Source: Ruminococcus sp. (GTDB taxonomy: Bacteria; Bacillota; Clostridia; Oscillospirales; Ruminococcaceae). From it: 32,000 nucleotides of DNA. The position numbers and the translations under genes were made by a program. The DNA is taken from NCBI GenBank assembly GCA_045531615.1, contig JAZSEJ010000009.1, positions 67,576 to 99,575 of the forward strand, given 5' to 3'. Shown one piece after another: positions 1 to 7,963 of this stretch. The first letter of the stretch is position 1; each line of letters starts with the position of its first letter. The notes under the pieces were generated by a model. That model made no database searches. It saw only the letters and a program-made list of their open reading frames with translations, and was not told where the DNA came from.

Positions 1-572
1 CTTTTTACAGAATTTACCGTCTTATCGTTCTTTTTATCTGTATGGTTTGCGACAGTCTTTCTGTTATTTCTATTATTAGAAAATTTTTTTCCTCCCTGTT
101 TTTCTTTCTTTTTTACTGTCTGTGACTGAAAAAGATTTTTTCCTGCTTCTGCCACGCTTTCTGCCGGAGCAATAACCGTCTTTGCCGTCATATAAGAATC
201 ATAGACTTCACTCCCTCCATCCATCTGGTCTAGTGCTACGGCTGTACCAGCTGAAACAACAGCATTACCGGCTTCTTTTTTCTTAACCGTATTTTTACCC
301 TTGTTTTCTTCTGCTTTTTGAGCCTGTTTATGAGATTTTCTTTCCGTCTGTTCCGTTTTACAGCTATCTTCTTTTGGAACAAGATTACTTCTTTCTTCCT
401 TAGAAGATACATTCTTTTTCTTTGCGGACTTTTCTCCGGTTCTGTTATCATGCTTTTTGACTTTTACTGCCTTTGGTGTCTTTCCTGCAACAGAAAGCCT
501 TTCACTTTTTCTCCTTGCCCTCATTGCAGCTTTCACACGAAGCCTTACATTTTTCTTTTTATGAATAACCAT
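1..572 (-). CDS. Partial CDS: the Lys-rich N-terminal part of an unidentified element protein, running off the window start.
   Basis: Hand translation from ATG 572 stays open to position 1: MVIHKKKNVRLRVKAAMRARRKSERLS...NAVVSAGTAVALDQMDGGSEVYDSYMTAKTVIAPAESVAEAGKNLF... In-frame alternatives are GTG 587 and CTG 602, the latter 8 nt after an AAGAGG Shine-Dalgarno at 616-611. It is absent from the ORF track because it has no stop in the window. Confidence 0.5.
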   Translation of the reverse strand, partial: MVIHKKKNVRLRVKAAMRARRKSERLSVAGKTPKAVKVKKHDNRTGEKSAKKKNVSSKEERSNLVPKEDSCKTEQTERKSHKQAQKAEENKGKNTVKKKEAGNAVVSAGTAVALDQMDGGSEVYDSYMTAKTVIAPAESVAEAGKNLFQSQTVKKKEKQGGKKFSNNRNNRKTVANHTDKKNDKTVNSVK

Positions 573-623
573 AGGCTTCTCATTCACTTTTTTTATATCC
601 AGTATTTTCACCTCTTTTCTGTA

Positions 624-664
624 CAAAAATAGCCATTGCAAAGTTCTCACACCCTGCAATGGCT
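624..664 (-). terminator. Rho-independent terminator after the 2H-phosphoesterase gene.
   Basis: Perfect 10-bp stem agccattgca (631-640) / tgcaatggct (655-664) with a 14-nt loop, followed on the minus strand by ATTTTTG. Confidence 0.6.
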
Positions 665-736
665 TTTCTGATTTCTAAATATTCAATTATTCTTTATCAA
701 TGGATTAAATTTTAACTCGCCGTAAGACTGAAAGTT

Positions 737-1417
737 TCAAGTCCTTAGTTTTATTTCTTTTAATACAGTTTTTTTAGAATCGTACCAATTATGAAAACAA
801 ATCTCGAATGACTTTACTTTCATAATACCGAAAGCACAATTTCTACCTATAAAATCAATATATTCATTTGGATTTTTTAACTTATCAGGTATTCTTGCTA
901 CTGAAATATGAGATGAAAACGTCTCATATCGTTCTTCTAATGGCAGCCCTTGCTGTTTAAAGTTATTTCGTAACATCTTTCGAAACATTTCCAGAGGCTC
1001 TTCATAATACCCTTTTATCAAAGCAACATTATCACTTGCTGTCATACCATCAAAAAAGAGTTCAAATTCAGAAATCTCCTCTGCACATTTTGAAATTATG
1101 TTGATATATTCATCAATATTTGGGGGTATAGTCCTTCCCAATTCACCTTTTAATATATCCATAACCGTAATATGATAATCTTCTTGAGGATAATAATACA
1201 AATCGGGTTCTAACAATTTTAATTCTTCCATGTGCCTAACAATGCTATTTTTAACGTTAGATGAAATTCTGATAAGGACTACCAATGACATTCTTGCATC
1301 ATTTTCTGCATCATATAGAAATATATCTCCGACGCCACCTAACATAATTTTATCTATGTTACTTTTTATTATATTATTGTAGTGATTATCCAGTTTATCT
1401 TTATCGTATATTCTCAT
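737..1417 (-). CDS. 2H phosphoesterase superfamily protein (LigT / cyclic phosphodiesterase-like).
   Basis: Two H-x-T/S-x motifs at the expected spacing (..DYHITVMD.. and ..SSHISVAR..). The 226-aa size fits the family. Confidence 0.65.
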   Translation of the reverse strand: MRIYDKDKLDNHYNNIIKSNIDKIMLGGVGDIFLYDAENDARMSLVVLIRISSNVKNSIVRHMEELKLLEPDLYYYPQEDYHITVMDILKGELGRTIPPNIDEYINIISKCAEEISEFELFFDGMTASDNVALIKGYYEEPLEMFRKMLRNNFKQQGLPLEERYETFSSHISVARIPDKLKNPNEYIDFIGRNCAFGIMKVKSFEICFHNWYDSKKTVLKEIKLRT

Positions 1418-1446
1418 ACATAAGTCACCCCAAAATTTAACTTTCC

Positions 1447-1797
1447 CTACTTCCTTAATATTTTTTCCATTGCCTTTCCTTTTGCAAGTTCATCTACCAG
1501 TTTATCCAAATATCGTATTTCCTGCATCAAAGGCTCTTCTATTTCTTCTACACGGACACCACAAATCTTACCCGTAATTAATTTTCTGTTCGGGTTTAAT
1601 TCCAGTGCATTTAAAAAGAAATCTCCATAGGCAATATCTTTTAATAATAAATCGTTCAATTCTTCTTTTTTATATCCTGTCAGCCAACAGGTAATCCGGT
1701 CTATCTCTTCTCTTGTACGTCCTTTTCTCTCGACTTTTGCAATAAGCAGCGAATACACTTTTGAAAAAGACATACTATATACTTTCTTATTTTCCAT
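1447..1797 (-). CDS. DUF2200-like small protein.
   Basis: MENKKVYSMSFSKVYSLLIAKVERKGRTREEIDRITCWLTGY resembles the recalled DUF2200 N-terminus. I chose the start at 1797 because a GAGAGG SD lies 7 nt upstream; the track start at 1845 has none. Confidence 0.55.
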   Translation of the reverse strand: MENKKVYSMSFSKVYSLLIAKVERKGRTREEIDRITCWLTGYKKEELNDLLLKDIAYGDFFLNALELNPNRKLITGKICGVRVEEIEEPLMQEIRYLDKLVDELAKGKAMEKILRK

Positions 1798-1952
1798 CAA
1801 AATACCTCTCTGTAAAAATATCATTAAAACTCTTTTTTCCACCAAGCATTTTGTTTATAATCTGTTTATTTTTCATTTATAAAGTCAATATCACCTTATT
1901 TCTCGCTAATAATACATCTAAAAACTCTTTTTGTAATCCTGTAACATAACAG

Positions 1953-1980
1953 TTGTCAGGAAGAACATTCCTGATATAAA
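1953..1980 (+). promoter_or_regulatory. Sigma-70-like promoter with an embedded palindrome, upstream of the 36-aa ORF.
   Basis: TTGTCA (1953-1958), 16-nt spacer, TATAAA (1975-1980). The spacer and -35 contain the palindrome tcaggaa-gaaca-ttcctga. Confidence 0.4.
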
Positions 1981-2014
1981 ACAGAATTTCATTTATTTTT
2001 AGGAGGATATTAGA

Positions 2015-2125
2015 ATGACAAATAAAATTAAAACATATTTCAACAATCACTTAGAAACAATTGCAAATGGTTTAGCATGTATTGCTATTGCAAATGGCAG
2101 TGACATTCGTCCATATATTGGCTAA
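2015..2125 (+). CDS. Small ORF, 36 aa (MTNKIKTYFNNHLETIANGLACIAIANGSDIRPYIG), function unknown.
   Basis: An AGGAGG SD lies 8 nt upstream of the ATG, with a candidate promoter upstream and a hairpin terminator downstream. It is below the ORF-track length cut-off. Confidence 0.4.
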   Translation: MTNKIKTYFNNHLETIANGLACIAIANGSDIRPYIG

Positions 2126-2172
2126 TAAGCAATATTATGGATAAAACATACTACAAATTAAAAGAAACAGAA

Positions 2173-2230
2173 AGCGTATCAGAAAAATCAATTTTAACTT
2201 ATTTTTCTTGATACGCTTTTTATTTTTTAA
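2173..2230. terminator. Bidirectional hairpin terminator between the convergent small ORF (+) and the DUF6125-like gene (-).
   Basis: 9-bp stem agcgtatca (2173-2181) / tgatacgct (2209-2217), followed by a T-run on the plus strand (ttttttatttttt) and a T-rich tract on the minus strand. Confidence 0.45.
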
Positions 2231-2247
2231 TTTCTTTCAATTGAAAA

Positions 2248-2763
2248 TCACATAATTGTAAACTTCCATTTACAGCAACAGAAATTATCTGTAATATCAG
2301 GATAACAGCTTACACATTCACAGACAAACCTTTCATCTATCACTTTTGCAAACCCGCTGTACTCTATTATGCCGACAGATTTACACGGATGAAATGGCAT
2401 TCCCTTTCTTTCCCTTGCCCTCTGCACCCTGCAATCCACAGAAGTATAAATAAGCGTATTTCCGTCAATTTCAATTTTATCTTCGTTAATATTTGCATAA
2501 AAACGAAGCTTTAATGCTTCTGCCAGTCCTTCAACACCTGAATTATCCGGTAATTTTAAAAATTCTTTTATTCGCTTTGCTTCAATGACAGTAAACCGCC
2601 TCCATGCCTCTGCATCATGATACATTGCCTCGTCCATTCCAAGTTTCTGTTCAATGGACTGAAACCAGACTCCATCCATTGCAAGCCAGTTTTTGGAATA
2701 TATTTCAATCAGCTCAATAAGTTCATCTTTCGTATATTTATTCAGATTTTCGTAATTATTCAT
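2248..2763 (-). CDS. DUF6125-like cytosolic protein with a Cys-rich C-terminus.
   Basis: NWLAMDGVWFQSIEQKLGMDEAM.. matches the recalled DUF6125 pattern. I chose the start at 2763 (MNNYENL) because an AGGGGA SD lies 7 nt upstream. Confidence 0.5.
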   Translation of the reverse strand: MNNYENLNKYTKDELIELIEIYSKNWLAMDGVWFQSIEQKLGMDEAMYHDAEAWRRFTVIEAKRIKEFLKLPDNSGVEGLAEALKLRFYANINEDKIEIDGNTLIYTSVDCRVQRARERKGMPFHPCKSVGIIEYSGFAKVIDERFVCECVSCYPDITDNFCCCKWKFTIM

Positions 2764-2832
2764 CTGTTTTTCCCCTTTGTACAAAAACAATTCCCAGTCG
2801 CTGCTGTCTTAATTTGCTATTACTTACTCTGC

Positions 2833-3057
2833 TTATGGTAATTCTGTTTCTTCATCAGAAAATTCTTTTTTTAACGCTTTTGCAACTTTCTTTTCCGTCT
2901 GTTGTAATAAGCATATATTTCCCATCCGGAAGCCATATCCCTGCTTTATCAATTTTATGAAAAAGATATTCAAAAATCTTTTCATTCTCCCGCTTGTTTG
3001 GCAATTTACCGGATTCCATGTAACATTTACAATATGCCACATAAAACCATTCCGCAA
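2833..3057 (-). pseudogene. Frameshifted gene remnant, identity unknown.
   Basis: Two overlapping minus-strand frames (2855-3040 and 2833-3057) each carry protein-like sequence. They would join as ..DGKYMLITTDGKE / KKVAKALKKEFSDEETELP. There is no RBS and no intact upstream part. Confidence 0.3.
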
Positions 3058-3235
3058 TCTTTGTCTTTTGGCTTTCCTTTAAACCAGAAAATCTTTTTCA
3101 TCTAAAGAAGTCTATCATCTTATGATTTTTAGCTGACTTACTATGTAGCACTTCTATCTACTCATTTCTTCTTATCAAATCTTAGCCTACAATCACAATA
3201 TTCAACTCCCTCACAAACAGAAACATCATTATATT

Positions 3236-4252
3236 TTAAATTACCCTCTCAATAGCACTTCCAAATGTATCAATTGTATACTGTTGTTTTGTTGCATATA
3301 ACTGTAACGAATAATTTATTCTAAGCATACCCAAACCAAATTTTTTATTTACTATATCGGATGTACAACCAATATTATCTACATATCCTTTATACTCTTC
3401 CAACAATTCTATTTCAGGATTTGTATATTTCGTTTCACCTTCTTTTAAAAATATAGTTGTTGCTGCATATTCTGATTTTCTTTCCCCATTAAGAATTCCT
3501 TTTACCTTTTCTGCACTTCTTCCACCATGATGTGGTATTTTAATGAAATTATATGTATTAGGAATCTCATAACTATCTTGCCATCTATGTATTTCTGAAA
3601 GAACCTCATTTTCAATATCACCAGAGAATAAAAAATTCATCTTTCTATTGTTTTTAAGAACCAATTCGACAATAATTGCAACACATAAATCATTCGGATT
3701 GATATTGCTTTTACTTGATTGTTTCGCGCTAATACTTGGAATTGGTGCGATACATCTAACATCCATCCTTTCTATTGTATCTGCATTCAAAAATTCTATT
3801 ATCTTCAAAGAATTATCAAAATGCACCATTTCATTTATATCATATCTATATTTTAATCTTTTATTCAAAGTAGCAATTTTTCTCTCTACCTTTTTACACT
3901 CTTTCGATAACTTAATTCCTTTATTTCCTAATATATTGGCTAAAATAATTTGCGTATTCCTAGAACTATAATTATTTAATAATTCCAACATCCCTTTTGT
4001 ATGGTCATCATGCGGATGTGTCCAAATTAACATATCCACTTTATCTGTTAGTATTTCATCTAATATTTCTTTGGTAGCATTTATATTTTCTTCATAGCAA
4101 TCTATTACAATAGAATACAATACTTTGTAATTAGGTTTATTTGCATACAAAATAAATACAATACTTTCCCCTTGTTCTTTATATCCAATTAAGTAGATAT
4201 CAATATTAATATCAGAAATACTATCTAAATATTTTTCTCTTCTTAATTGCAT
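3236..4252 (-). CDS. Metallo-beta-lactamase-fold hydrolase of the ComEC/Rec2-like branch (putative nuclease). Third gene of the cassette.
   Basis: HxHxDH motif WTHPHDDHTKG (H79, H81, D83, H84), upstream VIDC, downstream NFLFSGD and IKIPHHGG. This is the same motif order as the ComEC C-terminal MBL domain. Confidence 0.75.
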   Translation of the reverse strand: MQLRREKYLDSISDINIDIYLIGYKEQGESIVFILYANKPNYKVLYSIVIDCYEENINATKEILDEILTDKVDMLIWTHPHDDHTKGMLELLNNYSSRNTQIILANILGNKGIKLSKECKKVERKIATLNKRLKYRYDINEMVHFDNSLKIIEFLNADTIERMDVRCIAPIPSISAKQSSKSNINPNDLCVAIIVELVLKNNRKMNFLFSGDIENEVLSEIHRWQDSYEIPNTYNFIKIPHHGGRSAEKVKGILNGERKSEYAATTIFLKEGETKYTNPEIELLEEYKGYVDNIGCTSDIVNKKFGLGMLRINYSLQLYATKQQYTIDTFGSAIERVI

Positions 4253-4259
4253 AATAAAT

Positions 4260-4442
4260 TTAATACTCCCTTTTTACAAATCTTTGAATTTCATTTAAAT
4301 CAGGTTGCAATTGATTTTCTGGTCTATCTTTCTGTTTTCTTCTCTCCGTAAATTCATTTAAAGTAAACTCTGATTCTATACTACTATGCTTTTCCATAGG
4401 TTTTGTTGTTTTTAAAGGCACAAATTTTTCTATCTTACTCAT
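4260..4442 (-). CDS. 60-aa hydrophilic protein, unknown function. Middle gene of the cassette.
   Basis: Its ATG overlaps the stop of the upstream gene by 8 nt (A-ATG-AGT-AA), and its stop is 7 nt before the MBL gene ATG. Together these imply translational coupling. Confidence 0.5.
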   Translation of the reverse strand: MSKIEKFVPLKTTKPMEKHSSIESEFTLNEFTERRKQKDRPENQLQPDLNEIQRFVKREY

Positions 4443-5286
4443 TCTTCTTAAAACCTCTTAATACCTTAGTTGTTTCCCCATTTGTTAAATCATTTAAAAA
4501 AGAAACTGTTAAATGATTAACAAAAACATTAAACAAACAACCGTTCATATCTTTCAACACTGCTTTGATGTCTAAACTATCAACACTATTATTATTTGGA
4601 TAATTTATAATAAAATTTAAGTTACCCATATAAGAAAGTTTCCTTCCTAAGGTTCCTGCATTGATTTCTTTTTGAACAATTAAATTATATTTATCCATAA
4701 CTATCGCTGCACTACTATTATATTCAGCAAATAATGCCCCTTGATAAGTTAATCCGCTTTTAATATCCCCAAAATGTCTTATGTCAAAACATCTATATAA
4801 CATAGGTAAACTTTTACAAATTATAGAATTATTCTTTATCAAAGTTACATTATCAATTTGTAAAAATGGATTATTTACGGCATATTTTCTTACAATTTTT
4901 TGCAATAAATCCATTTTATCCTTTAAAATAAAAGACTTTCTATAAAGCAATCTCATTTCCATATAATTTTTACTTAGAAGAATCTGTTCAGTTTCATCCT
5001 TTGAAATGTAACGAATGACTTTTTCTGTTTCAATCATTCTTTGTTTCATTTTATTTGAAATAATTCTATGATTTCTTTTATCCCATTCATTTAACTCATC
5101 ATAAGTAAAAGTATCCTCCATACGATTAAACTCATTACTATCAAACAGAGTGGAAATATCACTATCACTATTTTCAAGTCCTTCTGTAGATGCTCCTTGT
5201 ATATCTACAATAAAATGAATATTATTATATATATTTGCTTTTATATCATCTGGTTTTACATCTCTTTTTGTATACAATTTTTCCAT
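4435..5286 (-). CDS. 283-aa protein of unknown function. First gene of the cassette.
   Basis: Long ORF in the same orientation with a promoter upstream. I recognise no catalytic or binding motif. The GGAG SD abuts ATG 5286, so the in-frame TTG at 5277 (9-nt spacing) may be the true start. Confidence 0.6.
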   Translation of the reverse strand: MEKLYTKRDVKPDDIKANIYNNIHFIVDIQGASTEGLENSDSDISTLFDSNEFNRMEDTFTYDELNEWDKRNHRIISNKMKQRMIETEKVIRYISKDETEQILLSKNYMEMRLLYRKSFILKDKMDLLQKIVRKYAVNNPFLQIDNVTLIKNNSIICKSLPMLYRCFDIRHFGDIKSGLTYQGALFAEYNSSAAIVMDKYNLIVQKEINAGTLGRKLSYMGNLNFIINYPNNNSVDSLDIKAVLKDMNGCLFNVFVNHLTVSFLNDLTNGETTKVLRGFKKNE

Positions 5287-5306
5287 CTCCTTTTTCGTTT
5301 TTTAAT

Positions 5307-5335
5307 ATTATATGAGGTTTGATTTAATTTATCAA
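5307..5335 (-). promoter_or_regulatory. Near-consensus sigma-70 promoter for the three-gene cassette.
   Basis: On the minus strand: TTGATA (5335-5330), a spacer of exactly 17 nt, then TATAAT (5312-5307). It lies about 20 nt upstream of the RBS and start. Confidence 0.6.
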
Positions 5336-5360
5336 TGTACCAAAATATAATATTATATTT

Positions 5361-5456
5361 GTAACAGTTCAGCCATATCCCAAATATACAAAAAATTTTC
5401 GTTTTCAAATAAGTTTAAATTCAAATTTTTTTATTTTGATATAATTGAACTGTTAC
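5361..5456. repeat. 11-bp perfect inverted repeat (gtaacagttca / tgaactgttac) with a 74-nt A+T-rich spacer.
   Basis: Arms at 5361-5371 and 5446-5456, between the VirB4 stop (5496) and the cassette promoter. Confidence 0.7.
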
Positions 5457-5495
5457 CTAATATTTATTATATATGAATAAAACCTATCACACAAG

Positions 5496-7886
5496 TTAAT
5501 AACAATTTACTTTTCTCACTCTTTGCTGTGCAATCTTCTCATGGATATTGGTATTGTAAAGGTTATAAAGCTCTGTTCCTTTCTTAATCGTATTGTCAAA
5601 AGGTATTACCACATTTCCGCACTTCATTAGTCCCATACCACTCCTTGCATTGGAAACATACTGAAGCTGTGCTTCCGACACCCCAATCACTTCTGCCATT
5701 CTGGAACTGTCTGTATTTGCCTGCTTTAACAGTGCCACGAACTCCGAATTAGCGAGCATGGTTGTTGCCGTATAATTTTGCAGCAGATCAACTACGTTCT
5801 GTGTAATTCCGGTACACAATCCACCCTGTTTTCTGACTTTCTTCCACAACTGCTGTAAATAGATTGCAGAGTAATCAGAATTAAGCAGCACATGAAATTC
5901 ATCTATGTAAAGCCATGTTGCAATTCCCTTTTGTCCGTTCCTTACAATCCGATTTTGGATACTTTCAAGCATTACCAGCATGGTAATCGGTGACAGCTCC
6001 GCTCCCAAATCTCGAATACCATAAACCATAAATCGATTATCTATATCCACATTGGTTTGATGATTAAAAATATTAAGCGAACCATTTACAAATAATTCTA
6101 ATGAAAGTGCAATATCCTTTGCTTCCTCTTCCTCCTGCTCCATTAAAACAGCATAAAAATCAGACATGACAGGCACATATTTTTCCCTGCTTCTTGCTAT
6201 CCCAAGATATAGATTTCTGATACAACGGTCTATAATGGATTTCTGCCTGGCATTTAAGCTTTCACCCATACACTGCTCACAAAGACCGAGCATAAATTCG
6301 CCTTTTTCACGAATCATGCCCTTACTGTCAACCAAATCGAGACTCCACACGTCCATCTCAAGCGGATTCACATAATTATCCGTATAAGTGGACATATTTA
6401 CCACCGTTCCGCCATAAGTCTGTGCAATGTCAAAATATTCGTTCATTGGATCGATTATGATAATTTCATCCCTGCTTCCAAGAAACACCTGCCCCAGTTC
6501 CATTTTGCAGAAGTGCGACTTGCCCGAACCCGGCACACCAAATACAAACCCGTTTCCATTCAGCAGACGTTTTCTGTTACCGATGTTAATATTCTGCGAT
6601 ACCTGATTAATTCCGTAATAGCAGCCGGAGCTGTCATTTAATTCCTGTACATTAAACGGCATCAATACCGCAAGGCTTTGTGTCAGCATGGTCCGCATCG
6701 TTTCCACCTGCCTTACCCCAATCGGAAGTGCCGTGTTTAATGCCTCCCTCTGCATAAGGTAATGCTCCTCTATCATGACACCATTCTGTTTCCCGATTGT
6801 TTCCACCATTTCTGTCATGCTGTCTAATTCTTCCTTTGTGTCTGCCATAAGAATTACTGTAACCGCTGCATAATATAAGCACTGGTCGTTCTCCCTCACA
6901 TCGTCCATAATCCCTTCAATCTCTTTCTTTTCGACACGCTTATTGTAAGAAATTTCTGAGGAAAAATCGTTGTTCCTGTTCCTTACCCTCTGCTGGCGGA
7001 TAATGTCAGATTCAATACCCATGTATTTCTTCTGCAAAATTTTTGTCGTCATGTCCTTTGGAACGGGTACAACATCAATGCTTGTAACCGAATGTACCGG
7101 AAAGGAAGTAATATCATTAAAAAACCTGTCTGAAAGACTTGACGGGTATTTCTTAATGAATAATGCACGGCAGAATTTCTTCTCGTCCTTAAAATAATCC
7201 GGATAAAACTGCAACATCTTATTGCACAACTCATTGCGGAAATCTGCCCCTACTTTCTGTGCTGTCCTGATGTCAAAATCAAAACTGTTTTCTTCTCCCA
7301 AATGATAAAAGTCATACAATACCCTGATACGTTCATTCCCGCTTAATGGCACAATCTCCGATCCCAGTTCGTGAAACGATTTGTGAAGCGATGCCTCTAT
7401 CGTGGTAAACTGTGCCTTTGCCTCCTCAAAATTCTTTCTTTCAACAACAATCGTTAAATACCGCTCCTGCTCAATGCCCTGCTTGCCTGCCTTGATTTTC
7501 TGCTCCATAATGTCGTTATATGCTTTCCGAAAGTGGTCGTGTCCGTCTTTTTCTTCCTGTAAAAAAATATACTCCCTTACCTTCTCCATATCCCTGTTTT
7601 TGTTATTAACCGTAACCTTAAAACATAGATCAAGGGAATTTAAAAACTTGCAGTACCTCTCAAAAATCCCCATCTGTTCATTTTCGTCTGTTGTGGCATA
7701 ATTTACATCATGGAAACGGTAGCACTTTGAAAAACGGTTCATTCCCGCTTTCCCTTTTCCCACTTCAAATATCCCGTTTTCTGCCACTTTGTTAATTTCT
7801 ATCGTCTGCTGTATGGATTTTGGTGTTTTATAAAGCGGCTCGTCTGCTTTTTTCAGCTCCTTAAATCCGTCCGTAAATAAATTCAA
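5496..7886 (-). CDS. VirB4-like conjugal transfer ATPase (recalled as CD1110-family type).
   Basis: 796 aa. Walker A is FGVPGSGKSHF and Walker B is WLYIDEFHVL. TTG start at 7886 with an AGGAGG SD 5 nt upstream. Confidence 0.9.
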   Translation of the reverse strand: MNLFTDGFKELKKADEPLYKTPKSIQQTIEINKVAENGIFEVGKGKAGMNRFSKCYRFHDVNYATTDENEQMGIFERYCKFLNSLDLCFKVTVNNKNRDMEKVREYIFLQEEKDGHDHFRKAYNDIMEQKIKAGKQGIEQERYLTIVVERKNFEEAKAQFTTIEASLHKSFHELGSEIVPLSGNERIRVLYDFYHLGEENSFDFDIRTAQKVGADFRNELCNKMLQFYPDYFKDEKKFCRALFIKKYPSSLSDRFFNDITSFPVHSVTSIDVVPVPKDMTTKILQKKYMGIESDIIRQQRVRNRNNDFSSEISYNKRVEKKEIEGIMDDVRENDQCLYYAAVTVILMADTKEELDSMTEMVETIGKQNGVMIEEHYLMQREALNTALPIGVRQVETMRTMLTQSLAVLMPFNVQELNDSSGCYYGINQVSQNINIGNRKRLLNGNGFVFGVPGSGKSHFCKMELGQVFLGSRDEIIIIDPMNEYFDIAQTYGGTVVNMSTYTDNYVNPLEMDVWSLDLVDSKGMIREKGEFMLGLCEQCMGESLNARQKSIIDRCIRNLYLGIARSREKYVPVMSDFYAVLMEQEEEEAKDIALSLELFVNGSLNIFNHQTNVDIDNRFMVYGIRDLGAELSPITMLVMLESIQNRIVRNGQKGIATWLYIDEFHVLLNSDYSAIYLQQLWKKVRKQGGLCTGITQNVVDLLQNYTATTMLANSEFVALLKQANTDSSRMAEVIGVSEAQLQYVSNARSGMGLMKCGNVVIPFDNTIKKGTELYNLYNTNIHEKIAQQRVRKVNCY

Positions 7887-7963
7887 TTGCTCCTCCTTTC
7901 CGCAGCCGGAAAACTCCGGCCGCTGACAAATTCCTCTTGTTCTGCCGGATATGTTATGTTCTA

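Noticed and set aside
236-632. Track ORFs 236-451(-) and 318-632(+).
   Set aside because: Both are alternative frames of a Lys-codon-rich stretch. A third minus-strand frame stays open for 200 or more codons to the window edge and has an SD, so it is the more likely gene.
4435-5286. Possible HEPN-like Rx5H motif (RCFDIRH) in the 283-aa cassette protein.
   Set aside because: It is a single short pattern with no supporting helical context that I can verify, so it is easily chance. I did not use it for annotation.
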